From a virus, in IMG/VR virus record IMGVR_UViG_3300029319_008653, positions 1 through 64,000 of that record: 64,000 bases of DNA. One strand, written 5' to 3'. Numbering within the stretch: position 1 is the stretch's first letter; each line of letters starts with the position of its first letter. Positions 1 through 10,043 of this stretch are shown here, in pieces. The notes under the pieces were generated by a model. The model had not been told where the DNA came from. It made no database searches and saw nothing but the letters and a program-made list of their open reading frames with translations. Both the position numbers and the translations under genes were made by a program.

Positions 1-2
1 AA

Positions 3-218
3 ATGGGAGAGATGGAACCTTTAGATGATGAGGAAGAGGAAGATGAGCAATTTAATGTTTCCTCTTACATGAAACTAAACGATTTTGATAAAAGGAAAGA
101 CGAAGAGGAGCAAGTAGCTTTATCACCTCAAGAAGTTGCACGTAGAATGCAAGAACAAAGAAGGTCTGAGTTACAAAACTTTTATCGTCAAGAAAGACTT
201 AATCGTCACGGTTATTAA
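3..218 (+). CDS. C-terminal part of an acidic hypothetical protein (probably begins before the window)
   Basis: ORF at the window edge, converging on queC. Confidence 0.55.
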   Translation: MGEMEPLDDEEEEDEQFNVSSYMKLNDFDKRKDEEEQVALSPQEVARRMQEQRRSELQNFYRQERLNRHGY

Positions 219-960
219 GTTTAATATCTCTACAATTATTATCCAAATATAATTGATTTAATTTTTCTTGCTGAATATATTCTAGAGGGTCTTTATAACC
301 AGCATCAATAAAGCCTCTTAATCGTAAAGCACTACTTGCAGATTCAGCATCACAAGGATATTTTCCAGAATAACAAGTATAAGTAAGTCCAAAATCTACA
401 CCTAAGGATATACCTTCTTCAATAATTTCTTTTTTAGACATTTCAATAAGAGGTGCTTTGATAGTAATTCTATTCTCTCTATTTAATGCAGTTACTTTAT
501 TAATTTGATCTACAAACTCCTCTGAACCATCCCAGTAACCTGCTAAACTATCAGCCTGTGCAGCACCATACCATACTTCGTCAGCTTTTACTGCTTCAGC
601 TTGAGAGCACAACATACTTAAAAACATTAAGTTACGAAAAGGTACATATGATTTAGGTTGTGCTTCACCCATTACATCATTTACGTTAGGTGTTTCTATA
701 TCATCATTAGTAAGAGAGGAAGTAGGTGCTATATCTTTAATAAATTTAGCATCTAATCTTGTATTATAGAATTTAACATTATCAAAATGCTTTTTAGCAT
801 TAAACAATTGATCTAAGATTCTATCAAGTTCACGACTATGACGTTGACCATAATCAAAAGTTACAGTAAAAACTTCTTCCGCTTCAGTTGCAGCTTTATG
901 TAACAATACAGCAGAATCCATTCCACCGCTTAACGTTACTACGATTCTCTTATTAACCAT
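199..960 (-). CDS. queC: 7-cyano-7-deazaguanine (preQ0) synthase QueC
   Basis: SGGMDS PP-loop, FDYGQRH, YVPFRN, TYTCY. Start moved to the ATG at 960 (MVNKRIVV) because a separate small ORF occupies 953-1114. Confidence 0.93.
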   Translation of the reverse strand: MVNKRIVVTLSGGMDSAVLLHKAATEAEEVFTVTFDYGQRHSRELDRILDQLFNAKKHFDNVKFYNTRLDAKFIKDIAPTSSLTNDDIETPNVNDVMGEAQPKSYVPFRNLMFLSMLCSQAEAVKADEVWYGAAQADSLAGYWDGSEEFVDQINKVTALNRENRITIKAPLIEMSKKEIIEEGISLGVDFGLTYTCYSGKYPCDAESASSALRLRGFIDAGYKDPLEYIQQEKLNQLYLDNNCRDIKLNNRDD

Positions 961-1114
961 TTTTTTTCGCTTTATTTTTCTTAATAGCTTCATCAACTTT
1001 TTGCGTAACCATTAAGTTTACCGTTTCATTAAATACAAGAGGCCCTCTAGATCTCCCGTATAGTTTTCCGACCCCTCTTTTTTGAGATCTACCTTCTAAT
1101 ATTCGTTTACTCAT
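953..1114 (-). CDS. small basic hypothetical protein, 53 aa (MSKRILEGRSQKRGVGKLYGRSRG...), not in the ORF track
   Basis: Translated by hand. Preceded by AGGAACA-N4-TATAAT-N5-ATG; its stop overlaps the queC start. Confidence 0.6.
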   Translation of the reverse strand: MSKRILEGRSQKRGVGKLYGRSRGPLVFNETVNLMVTQKVDEAIKKNKAKKNG

Positions 1115-1136
1115 ACCAAATTATATATATGTTCCT

Positions 1137-1304
1137 TTAAGTTAACTTTGTCCATAGCCGTTCGAACAACCAATGAACATATGTCATAATCATTGCCATA
1201 GTTAATCCAAACCCCGTAACGTGCCAGTCACCAAACCAAAACCTTGCAGCGGCAGTATAACATAGAATTGAAAATATTCGCCAGATTATAACTTTTTTAG
1301 CCAT
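1137..1304 (-). CDS. small membrane protein, DUF2061-like, 55 aa, not in the ORF track
   Basis: Translated by hand: MAKKVIIWRIFSILCYTAAARFWFGDWHVTGFGLTMAMIMTYVHWLFERLWTKLT. WR...ERLW pattern typical of DUF2061; overlaps the uvsX stop. Confidence 0.65.
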   Translation of the reverse strand: MAKKVIIWRIFSILCYTAAARFWFGDWHVTGFGLTMAMIMTYVHWLFERLWTKLT

Positions 1305-2400
1305 CAAAGTCTAGGTCGTTAACCTCGTCGGGTATTTCTTCATCATCAGAACCGTTACCATACTTCCATTCAGATTTAATTTTTTCTTCAATTACAGGAA
1401 TTATAGTATTATCCCAAAGGTCGTCATTATCTTTCCACTTTGAATAGTATCCTAACTTAGTACCATCTGGTAATTGATAAGTAGCTCCAGTCTGATTAAC
1501 GGCTCCTAGCCCAACTGCGAGATCTAAAAGACCATAAATTTTATTTAGCCCCTTATCAAAAGATAGATACATTTCTCCTTCAAGATACTGCTTTACGAAA
1601 CGATTCTTTACTGTTAAAGCTCTAAGAATAACACCAGAATATTTTTTCTGACCTACTGCTAATTTACCATCTGTATTATTATCTTCCTTAACAGGTTTAC
1701 GAGCAAGCTGAACGGTTACGGAAGGTAAATATACAGCAGCTTTACCTCCGGGCATATCCTTAACTAAAGAAGGAAACATAGCAGCGGGGTCTTCAAAGAT
1801 ATGATTAGTAGCTAATATAGTAGTTTTAGTTAAACCGGCTAGTTGAGTACAAGTACGTAATAGAGATTTCATAGCTTTAGCTCTACTACCCATATCAGCA
1901 CTAACATTATGCTTTTCCATTCTACCTATCTGCAATTGACTTTCCATATTACCAAGAGAGTCTATAGCAATAATAAATTTACCTTCTTGTCCTTTTTCTT
2001 TTACTTTAGTTAAAAAGTCATAAATTGTATTACGACATTCTTCAATACTAAAAGTAGGTACATATTTTACTTTACTTGTATCAAGACCTAAATTCTCTGC
2101 ACCATCACTATCAATAGCATTTTCGCTATCAAATATAACAGGGATTAGTCCTTCTTTTTGAGCGTTAGCTAAAATTTTCTGAATAATAAATGACTTACCC
2201 GTCATACTAGGACCAGCAAACATAGTCATTCTACTTTTAGGTACCCCGCCAAATAATGAACCTGAGATAATTCCATTTAATACCATTGAACCGGTATCAA
2301 TATAACCATCTACATTACTAAGAGCGCTTTCATTTAAAAACGAAGCATAAGGATTTTTTTTATCTATTACCGACAATATGTCGTCTATATCTTTACTCAT
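1297..2400 (-). CDS. uvsX: UvsX/RecA-like recombinase
   Basis: IDTGS, Walker A GPSMTGKS, FDSENA, IDSLG, MPGGKA. Confidence 0.93.
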   Translation of the reverse strand: MSKDIDDILSVIDKKNPYASFLNESALSNVDGYIDTGSMVLNGIISGSLFGGVPKSRMTMFAGPSMTGKSFIIQKILANAQKEGLIPVIFDSENAIDSDGAENLGLDTSKVKYVPTFSIEECRNTIYDFLTKVKEKGQEGKFIIAIDSLGNMESQLQIGRMEKHNVSADMGSRAKAMKSLLRTCTQLAGLTKTTILATNHIFEDPAAMFPSLVKDMPGGKAAVYLPSVTVQLARKPVKEDNNTDGKLAVGQKKYSGVILRALTVKNRFVKQYLEGEMYLSFDKGLNKIYGLLDLAVGLGAVNQTGATYQLPDGTKLGYYSKWKDNDDLWDNTIIPVIEEKIKSEWKYGNGSDDEEIPDEVNDLDFDG

Positions 2401-2406
2401 ACTATT

Positions 2407-2434
2407 ATTATAGTATATCGTTTGTATCTTTCAA
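2407..2434 (-). promoter_or_regulatory. sigma70-like early promoter of uvsX (TTGAAA-N16-TATAAT-N6-ATG)
   Basis: Read directly; the same architecture recurs at about 10 other genes. Confidence 0.7.
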
Positions 2435-2917
2435 CAGTTTTTTTATCTTTACTGAAATATAATTACTCTTCCATTTATACTCTTCAAAAAACTCTTTCCA
2501 CTTTATAATTATATCTCTATTTTTTATTAAACGTTCATTATTAAGTTTATCATCTGTGACCTCGCCATACTTAATAGCTCTTTCTATTGCATTATTAATA
2601 ATATCTAAATCAGTTAAATTAGATACTTCACCTGAAGGAGGAGCGGGCTCGTATACTGGAGTTTCTTCTTTCTCTTTTAAGACATTTAATTTAGATTCCA
2701 AGTCTTTAATCTTTTCTTTTAAATCGTTAATTTCAGCATCCTTACCAGTTACAATATTATGAATAGCTAGATTAGCTTCTTTTCTTACCTGTTCGTTTAT
2801 TTCAGCACGTGCAGCTTCTATAGCTTGTTCATTCTGCTTAGCAAAATATGAGGTATTATCAGACGGCGGTCGCCAAGATCTAGTAGCATTGTTCGGTAAT
2901 GGTTCCCATTCACTCAT
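2408..2917 (-). CDS. hypothetical coiled-coil protein
   Basis: 169-aa ORF with late promoter AATAAATA-N5-ATG. Confidence 0.7.
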   Translation of the reverse strand: MSEWEPLPNNATRSWRPPSDNTSYFAKQNEQAIEAARAEINEQVRKEANLAIHNIVTGKDAEINDLKEKIKDLESKLNVLKEKEETPVYEPAPPSGEVSNLTDLDIINNAIERAIKYGEVTDDKLNNERLIKNRDIIIKWKEFFEEYKWKSNYISVKIKKLLKDTNDIL

Positions 2918-2936
2918 AATAATATTTATTTAGAGC

Positions 2937-2963
2937 AAAAAAAAAGCCAACTGATAGTTGGCT
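2937..2963 (-). terminator. rho-independent terminator
   Basis: AGCCAACT-ATC-AGTTGGCT hairpin followed by a T run on the minus strand. Confidence 0.8.
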
Positions 2964-2974
2964 CTTAGTCAGAA

Positions 2975-3182
2975 GATTGAGGAGTAGCGACCTCCTCCAG
3001 CTTCCTAGATATACAACGGGATTTACTCTTTACCCGCATCGCCTGAGCTGCAACGCCCTGCAGCTAACCTTATAGTAGTTTTATCCTACGAACTCGGTTT
3101 ACTCTGTATGGTTCTCTCCACTTGGCCGTCCCCATCAAGCTCCGATACCTTACCCACCTATAAGCAGGGGTTATTCGGTCAT
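2975..3182 (-). ncRNA. structured ncRNA resembling the phage manA RNA motif
   Basis: GC-rich non-coding gap with several stems (3046-3065, 3016-3037, 2979-2997), followed by a terminator. The 5' GACCGAATAA and 3' GCGGGTAAAGAGTAAATCCCG recall manA RNAs from memory; not searched. Confidence 0.6.
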
Positions 3183-3201
3183 ATATATCTTAAATCGTTT
3201 T

Positions 3202-3567
3202 TTATTCGTCAAATAGTTTAATTACTTCTGGTTCTTCTGCTTGTGCAGGTGGTTGTTCAACCAGAACTGGATTAACAATCTTTTCGTATTGCTCAATAAT
3301 ACGTGGATCGACTTCAAAATTTGACCCTACACCAATAGCTGTCTTACTGTAGACAAACTCTGAATCTCTTTTATCGCCCTCTGTGGGGGAAATAAACTCA
3401 GCAAAAAATAGAGGAAATAACTGTACAGCCATTTGACCATTTTCTTGTTGCTGTACCGTAATCATAACCGGATTCTGAACTGTTAGGTCTGTATCAGTTT
3501 CGGAAGTAATAGATCCGAAAATTGAACGGCCTGCGTTATCAATAAATGTCTTGTATGTCTTTTGCAT
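3202..3567 (-). CDS. hypothetical protein (small beta-rich)
   Basis: 121-aa ORF with promoter TTGATT-N16-TAAAAT-N6-ATG (3574-3601). Confidence 0.75.
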   Translation of the reverse strand: MQKTYKTFIDNAGRSIFGSITSETDTDLTVQNPVMITVQQQENGQMAVQLFPLFFAEFISPTEGDKRDSEFVYSKTAIGVGSNFEVDPRIIEQYEKIVNPVLVEQPPAQAEEPEVIKLFDE

Positions 3568-3605
3568 ATATATATTTTAGTATACAGTATCCAATAATCA
3601 ACTAA

Positions 3606-3977
3606 TTATTTTAATAAACCTTTATCTTTTAATTCTTTTCTTATTTTAGTAGCACTTATACTATGAATGTCTTTTCCTAAATTATGTTCAGTAAAAGTAT
3701 AACCGACGCCTCTACCATAACTTATATCAATAATATTAGGTACTTTAATTACAATATAATCTTTTTCATTAGTGAACCCTTCAAAAAATAATGCATCGAT
3801 AATATTAAGATAAACTTGATCAAAGTCAAAAGGGTTGTTTTCATCGTCAATATCTCTAACCATTATAGCTACTTGACCAGTTTTAGAAAAAGCTTTTTTA
3901 AATAGTTCTGAATGACCTTTGTGCCAAGGTTGCCACCTACCTAACATTTGAACTGTTGGCTTTTTATAATTAAACAT
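3606..3977 (-). CDS. cytidylyltransferase-like (HxGH) nucleotidyltransferase
   Basis: LGRWQPWHKGH and ISATKIR motifs. Confidence 0.8.
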   Translation of the reverse strand: MFNYKKPTVQMLGRWQPWHKGHSELFKKAFSKTGQVAIMVRDIDDENNPFDFDQVYLNIIDALFFEGFTNEKDYIVIKVPNIIDISYGRGVGYTFTEHNLGKDIHSISATKIRKELKDKGLLK

Positions 3978-4377
3978 TATTTATTTTTTGTAAAATTTCA
4001 AAAGGGTTATTTTCAGACCATTCAGTTACCTTATGATCATATTCGGTAGGTATTTCAAATATTCTGTTAGTATCTTCAAATCTTCCTTTAATAATCGTAT
4101 TCATCCATATAGTGTAGTCAGCATTAAAATCGCTTCTAGCACGTTCAGTAGGACATACAAAATCAGCTATTGCAATTTTATTTGCTTTAACGACACCGTC
4201 TGAAAGGTATCTCATTCGATTGGCTTGTCTAATTCTACCCTCCATAGAAAAATCCCAATCATTATATTCCTCTCTTATACTATCTGCATTTAACCATACC
4301 CCTTTAGTAAGTTCGGATAGTTTTTTAGCTAAGGTTGATTTACCGCTTCCTGGAAGACCAAATATAAGTATTTTCAT
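3970..4377 (-). CDS. adenylyl-sulfate kinase (CysC)-like P-loop kinase
   Basis: GLPGSGKST, NADSIR, DWDFSxEGRxRQ, DFVCP. Confidence 0.78.
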   Translation of the reverse strand: MKILIFGLPGSGKSTLAKKLSELTKGVWLNADSIREEYNDWDFSMEGRIRQANRMRYLSDGVVKANKIAIADFVCPTERARSDFNADYTIWMNTIIKGRFEDTNRIFEIPTEYDHKVTEWSENNPFEILQKINNV

Positions 4378-4393
4378 ATATCTATATATGAGA

Positions 4394-6952
4394 TTAACTT
4401 AAAAGATCAAATAGATTAGTTTGAACTGCGCTACCAGGTTTTTGTACCGGCCAATCTACGTTTTCATAAAAACGTTCAATAGCAGCAAATATAATTTTTT
4501 CAAACATTAGTTCATAATCTACATTAAACTTTTCTTCAAATTCTTTCGGATAATAATATTTGTATGCTATATTACCAATATTAAAGGGATTAGGTTTCTG
4601 AACATAGAAGTATCTAACTTTATCACCACTACCTATTTTTTCATACTCATTATCAATATTAAATTTTTTAAGAAATAGATTATAATAGTAAGCAGCTTTT
4701 ACATGATTCGGCATACCTTTAACAGTTTTAAACTCATTACATTTATAAGCATATTTTTCATACTTTTTTATACCCGAAACAAAAGCTATATCTTCAACAG
4801 GCAGACTTTTAAATACTTTATACGTTTCATTTAATATTTTATTAGTCTCATTTATATCTTGAGTAGATAGCATAGTTTCAATAATACTTTTTACTCGAGG
4901 TTTAATCGCTTCCGGCATAGTACTTCTTACTACTTCTACACCTGTATATTTAAATTTATTAACGGGTATGCCTTCATCATCTAATACTCTAATTACATAA
5001 CGTTTTTTCTGCAAGAATACTCCGACATCCGCAATCATCTCACGCTTAAAAACAAATCTACAATCTTTAGAGTTTAGAGACTTACTACCCCATACTTTAA
5101 TCTCATCATTTAAAAAATCTTCAATACGTTGAACTTCTTCATGAAGTTCTTTAGTTAAATTACCTTCATTATCAATAAAATCTATATCAGTATTATCAAT
5201 AATATGCTTAATAGAAATATAAGATGAATCGGTATCATTATATATTACACTATCATTAAGCATTTTTTCATCTTCAATACCTACGCGTTTAGTAATATAC
5301 TTTTTAAGAAGTTCGTTAGACATCTTAATTACAGCTTGACCAGTTAGAGTAATTGAAGAAGCTATATCATCATCTCCGAAAGGTGCATTCTTATTACCGA
5401 AATAGCCATAAATCGAATTAATAAAAATCTTAATACAGAGCTGCTTAGAATCTAATTGATCTATCTTAACTTTAGTTTTAGGGTCTTTAGTTTTAGAATA
5501 CTCTCGACGAAGCTTACCAAGTTCTTTCTTTATCTTTACACGCTTACCATAGTACTCATCTAAAATTTCAGGCATTACACCTTTACGTTTTTGAGTAAAC
5601 AATACATTAGCTCGACTTATTGCTATATCTTCATCACTAACAAATTTAATAAACTTATTAACAGGAAGAGTAAAAACTTTACCATTAACATGACGTATAG
5701 TTATTTCTTTATCGTTTTTATCTTCGATCTTACCTACTTTAGTCTCAGGAGACATATTAAGAGATATCATTACATTCGGATATAGAGAATTAGCATCAAA
5801 CGATATAATATCTTTTTGAAACCCTTTCAAAGGTTCGCCTACATAAGCCCCAGGATTTTTACCCGTATCTTCGTTTCGTATAAAAGTAGGTATAACTTGA
5901 TTACGTCTCCTACCTCTAATAGCAGTAGCACCATTAATAACTGATAATGCACCCATTGCAGCTTCAAAAGTAGTAAGTCCGGAATAAGCTAACATTCGAA
6001 TCAAGTCAATGTATTTTAACTTTACATCTAAGTTTTTAAGCAGTCTAACGTCTTGAATATTATAATCAATAAACGTCTTCCAGTCATCATCAGCTAACCC
6101 AGCAAGATTCGTATTACCGTAATCTACTTTCTTCTCACCTAACTCTAATTCGCCAATAGCGTCCAGTTTATAGCTTTCTCTTAAACCAACAGAGAACTTT
6201 TTATATACGTCAAGATAATCCAATAACGATATACCATCTATATACCACTTAGTCTGTTCTTTACCAAATGCTCCATGTATAACTCTACTATGTACGTTAC
6301 CCAAGGGAGACATACGATTAACCCAGTCATCTCCTAATATACGACGACATCTATTAATAATATAAGGTATATCAAAAAACTCAGAGTTCCAACCAGATAA
6401 TATATCAGGAAAGTCTGCTTCTAAATATTCAACAAACTTTTTAAATATATCTTGTTCAGTAGGACAGTATATATACTCTACATCATCTTGAGTACTAACA
6501 TAAGGTTTTAATCCCCAGGTAATAAACTTATCAGCTAAAGAGTCATAAATCGTTATAACATTACAAACATGATTAGCAGTTTGTATATCCGGAAAATCGT
6601 CAGGAGAATAAGTCTCAATATCTATAAACATTGTCTTTATAGGATACTCATTAAACTCAGGCTCTTCATTTTTCTGCCAGTAAGTATCAACTAAAAATTG
6701 TTGATGAGCAGGTAGGTTATCAAATACTCTTTTAATACCAGATTCTTTTAGAAAGCGATAACGATTATATTGAGTTGCGAACTTCTTTTTAGCTACTTTA
6801 GTACCATATATTGATTCATAGCTACCATTACCTTCTATGTATAAGTAAGGTTCTACCGAAGCTTCGTACCTAATACGTTTACCATCTTCGTCCCAAGTAA
6901 ACAGAGTTACATTACCTTCACGACCATTATAAACTACATTACGATAACTCAC
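4394..6952 (-). CDS. 43: family B DNA polymerase (T4 gp43-like)
   Basis: DIET exonuclease motif, FDANSLYPN, KIFINSIYG, YNDTDS. Confidence 0.97.
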   Translation of the reverse strand: MSYRNVVYNGREGNVTLFTWDEDGKRIRYEASVEPYLYIEGNGSYESIYGTKVAKKKFATQYNRYRFLKESGIKRVFDNLPAHQQFLVDTYWQKNEEPEFNEYPIKTMFIDIETYSPDDFPDIQTANHVCNVITIYDSLADKFITWGLKPYVSTQDDVEYIYCPTEQDIFKKFVEYLEADFPDILSGWNSEFFDIPYIINRCRRILGDDWVNRMSPLGNVHSRVIHGAFGKEQTKWYIDGISLLDYLDVYKKFSVGLRESYKLDAIGELELGEKKVDYGNTNLAGLADDDWKTFIDYNIQDVRLLKNLDVKLKYIDLIRMLAYSGLTTFEAAMGALSVINGATAIRGRRRNQVIPTFIRNEDTGKNPGAYVGEPLKGFQKDIISFDANSLYPNVMISLNMSPETKVGKIEDKNDKEITIRHVNGKVFTLPVNKFIKFVSDEDIAISRANVLFTQKRKGVMPEILDEYYGKRVKIKKELGKLRREYSKTKDPKTKVKIDQLDSKQLCIKIFINSIYGYFGNKNAPFGDDDIASSITLTGQAVIKMSNELLKKYITKRVGIEDEKMLNDSVIYNDTDSSYISIKHIIDNTDIDFIDNEGNLTKELHEEVQRIEDFLNDEIKVWGSKSLNSKDCRFVFKREMIADVGVFLQKKRYVIRVLDDEGIPVNKFKYTGVEVVRSTMPEAIKPRVKSIIETMLSTQDINETNKILNETYKVFKSLPVEDIAFVSGIKKYEKYAYKCNEFKTVKGMPNHVKAAYYYNLFLKKFNIDNEYEKIGSGDKVRYFYVQKPNPFNIGNIAYKYYYPKEFEEKFNVDYELMFEKIIFAAIERFYENVDWPVQKPGSAVQTNLFDLLS

Positions 6953-6958
6953 ATATCT

Positions 6959-6986
6959 ATTATATAATAGTTCCTAGTTATATCTA
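6959..6986 (-). promoter_or_regulatory. polymerase promoter TAGATA-N16-TATAAT-N6-GTG containing an AGGAACT box
   Basis: GGAACTATTATATAAT is identical to the queE promoter. Confidence 0.65.
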
Positions 6987-8212
6987 CTTAAATTTACTCT
7001 CTTCGGATCACCTACGCCATATTGATATAATTCCATGTAACAATCAATATTTTTATCATCCTCTAGCCATCGAGTATCAGCATAACTACTAGCTTTTTTA
7101 CAAATAGATTTATAACGTTTAGTATCTTTTAATGTTTGTTCAATACGTGCGATCATTTCATCACCGGTTTTAAACTTAATAGGCGCATTTTCATATGTAC
7201 AAATATCTTGACAAGCAATAGGTAAACCAAGTGCACATGCTTCTATATATTTTAAATCAGATTTAGATCTATTAAAGGTATTATCTTGTAATGGAGCTAC
7301 AATCATATTAACGTTTAGATCATATAATTTTTGCCCATATTCGTATAATCTCGTCCACGGATGGTATTCAATTTTACCTGCTTCTACCAACTGTTTAAGA
7401 GGTAGTGGAAAAGCACCTAAAAATACCCATTGATACTTATCGACTGTTTTTGCTATAACTTGATTCACATGAGCAAAGTCGTCATTTTGTTTTACTCTAT
7501 TATCAACATCAAAATGAGCTCCTGAACCTGCATATAATATTCTAGGTTTACGTTTATTTTTTTCTAGACTTAGCATAGTACGAGCTAGATCGGAACGACC
7601 ACCTATCCAAAATTTTGGCATAAAGTTAGGTATAATAGTTACATTAGGATTACCGGACTTATCTCTATAATAGTCTCTCATAAAGGGACATGTTACTGTG
7701 ATCTCATCACATATTTTCATTATCTCACATGAAGATTTTCTTATATCATCGCCTTCAAAAGCAGTTTTATATTTGTTATAGCCAGGAATATCTTCCCTAA
7801 ACATAATATCATCAATTTCATAAATTAATCTAATATTATTTTTATCACAAACCTTTCTTAGATACTTTACAAAATCTAACTGAGTTGGTGTTGCTTGACG
7901 TTGAATTCTAATACCCTTCGTCATGACGTAATATCTTTCATCACCATTCATTACAGTAGTACCGTGAACAACAGCTTTTTGATGCGCGTTCATTACTTGT
8001 TCTGGCCATATCATACGCCAATGCCCGCAACCAGAATAATCAGCATAATAATTTAAAAAACGAGGAACTTTTAATTCAGGCAATTCTGGCTCAGGCCTCT
8101 TTTTAGGTATTTGCTGTACTGGTGGTGGAGCTTGAACTCTTTGAAAAGGAGCTGCTACTGGTCTACCAGGCATTCCGGTCGGCTGAAAAGGTAATTGTCC
8201 CGTATGAATCAT
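6974..8212 (-). CDS. GT-B fold glycosyltransferase
   Basis: SGCGHWRM, YEIDD, FNRSKSDLKYIE, LGLP. Confidence 0.75.
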   Translation of the reverse strand: MIHTGQLPFQPTGMPGRPVAAPFQRVQAPPPVQQIPKKRPEPELPELKVPRFLNYYADYSGCGHWRMIWPEQVMNAHQKAVVHGTTVMNGDERYYVMTKGIRIQRQATPTQLDFVKYLRKVCDKNNIRLIYEIDDIMFREDIPGYNKYKTAFEGDDIRKSSCEIMKICDEITVTCPFMRDYYRDKSGNPNVTIIPNFMPKFWIGGRSDLARTMLSLEKNKRKPRILYAGSGAHFDVDNRVKQNDDFAHVNQVIAKTVDKYQWVFLGAFPLPLKQLVEAGKIEYHPWTRLYEYGQKLYDLNVNMIVAPLQDNTFNRSKSDLKYIEACALGLPIACQDICTYENAPIKFKTGDEMIARIEQTLKDTKRYKSICKKASSYADTRWLEDDKNIDCYMELYQYGVGDPKRVNLSRYN

Positions 8213-8237
8213 ATATATAGTTAATTGTTATTTTTTC

Positions 8238-10043
8238 TTAATCAACGAAATTAACACGCTTAGTTATACCGTTATGCTTTTCTAAAAATATAATATCACC
8301 AGTAGCTGATTTTATGCTTTCTTTTCTATGGCTTATAACAAATACACATTCATTAAGTTTCTCTACTCTCTCGTTTAGTATTTCTAAAACTAAATCTACA
8401 CCTTTTTCATCTAAGCTACTATCGAATAATTCATCATAAAAACTTAAGTTATAATGAACGTCGCCTTGAGCTTTTCTCATATCCATAAACGAAAATAAAC
8501 AAGCTAAGTCAATAGCTTTTCTCTCAGCACCTGAAAAGTTATTATATAAACAAATTTTACCTTTTTCATTTAGTATCTCTTCTTCAAAATATTCATTAAA
8601 AACACAAATACTATTACTATCTAATTTTTTAAGATAATGAGTTAGTTTAGAATTAAAGTTTCTAAGAATCTTTTTAACAATATAGCTCTTAACCCCTTCT
8701 TCACTTACAATAAATTTAACTACATCTAATAGATCTATATTCTTTTTAATATTATTAATATCAATAGTAATATTGTTAATTTTATCTTCTAAGGTTTTTA
8801 CTATTGTTTCAAAAGTATTAGTTTCACTATTAACATTCTCAAGCTCTTCTTCCATTTCACTAATACATCTGTTAATATATTCTATAGATTCTTCTATATG
8901 ACCTATACCGTACTTTTGCTTTTCAATGTTACTAATTTTATTTTCTACTATAGTTTTAGCTTCTTCTATTTTACCTATAGCAATTTTTAAATCTTTAACA
9001 TCATCACTTAAGCTTTCAATAATAGAGTTATTAGTTGTAATAGTATCTTTAAGTTTATTCTTTTCTTTCTCTATTAACTCAATATCATGATCTTCCATAG
9101 CTCTTAAACATACCGGGCAAGTTTCTTCTTCTGTACCCATCCGTTTCAAAGTAGCTGCATCATTCTTTAAATTAATTTTCATGGTAATTATATCTCTTTC
9201 GAGTTTATCTTTAATACCAGTTTTTTCTTTTATAGCCTCATTTAATTCAATAAGTTTATTTTTAAATGGAGTATCGTCTAGCTTTTTAATACTTTCTAAT
9301 TTTTCATTTGCGTTACCAAGATCGGTTTTATGCTGCAGTAAATTATCTCTTAACGTTTTTGTTTTATTAGTACGATCAGTATCAAAGTTATCACTTTGAG
9401 TTTTTTGTACATCGAGATAATTATTACTCTCTTCTAATCTAGTAATATTAATATCAAAATCTTGCTTTATTTGACTTTGATCACTTCTTAGTTCAATTAA
9501 CATTTTAGAGAATATTTCTAGGTTAAAGATCTTTTCAATAAACTTTCTCTTTTCGACTTTATTTTTAGCCATAAAAGGTATATGATTATTCAAAGTCATA
9601 ATAACGCAATTTTGAAATACTTCAGGCGATGAGGACAATACTGCTTCAATATAAGCATTAGTATTAACTATAGTATCTCTTGTCTTATCATTTCCGTTTT
9701 TAAATATTGTACATTTAGAAGGACCTAGTGTTCTAATAATATGAAAGTCGTTCTGACCGTGACCAGGATCATCTACGGTAAATAATAGCTCGACGGTAGT
9801 TTTACCGTCAGTTAAATTATTAGGAATAAATTGCTTACGAATCTCTCTTAAAGTAGTACCAAAGATAGCAAAATACAAAGCATCAGCTATAGTACTTTTA
9901 CCTACACCATTTCTTCTATCTTCTTTATCTCTATTAATACCAGTTACAATATGAAGACCTTTAGTAAAATCTACTTTTACTTCATCATCACCAACTGATA
10001 AAAAATTTCTTATCTTAAGTTCTTTAAAGTTAACGTACTTCAT
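8238..10043 (-). CDS. 46: gp46 / SbcC-like recombination ATPase
   Basis: NFLSVG, NGVGKST, CPVC zinc hook, FSGAE, YDELFDSSLD, ISH. Confidence 0.95.
   Translation of the reverse strand: MKYVNFKELKIRNFLSVGDDEVKVDFTKGLHIVTGINRDKEDRRNGVGKSTIADALYFAIFGTTLREIRKQFIPNNLTDGKTTVELLFTVDDPGHGQNDFHIIRTLGPSKCTIFKNGNDKTRDTIVNTNAYIEAVLSSSPEVFQNCVIMTLNNHIPFMAKNKVEKRKFIEKIFNLEIFSKMLIELRSDQSQIKQDFDINITRLEESNNYLDVQKTQSDNFDTDRTNKTKTLRDNLLQHKTDLGNANEKLESIKKLDDTPFKNKLIELNEAIKEKTGIKDKLERDIITMKINLKNDAATLKRMGTEEETCPVCLRAMEDHDIELIEKEKNKLKDTITTNNSIIESLSDDVKDLKIAIGKIEEAKTIVENKISNIEKQKYGIGHIEESIEYINRCISEMEEELENVNSETNTFETIVKTLEDKINNITIDINNIKKNIDLLDVVKFIVSEEGVKSYIVKKILRNFNSKLTHYLKKLDSNSICVFNEYFEEEILNEKGKICLYNNFSGAERKAIDLACLFSFMDMRKAQGDVHYNLSFYDELFDSSLDEKGVDLVLEILNERVEKLNECVFVISHRKESIKSATGDIIFLEKHNGITKRVNFVD

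Noticed and set aside
2975-3182. RNase P RNA or tmRNA
   Set aside because: Lacks the GAGGAAAGUCC core and tRNA-like ends, and is too short
4394-6952. Intein or intron in the DNA polymerase
   Set aside because: Continuous 852-aa ORF with normal motif spacing
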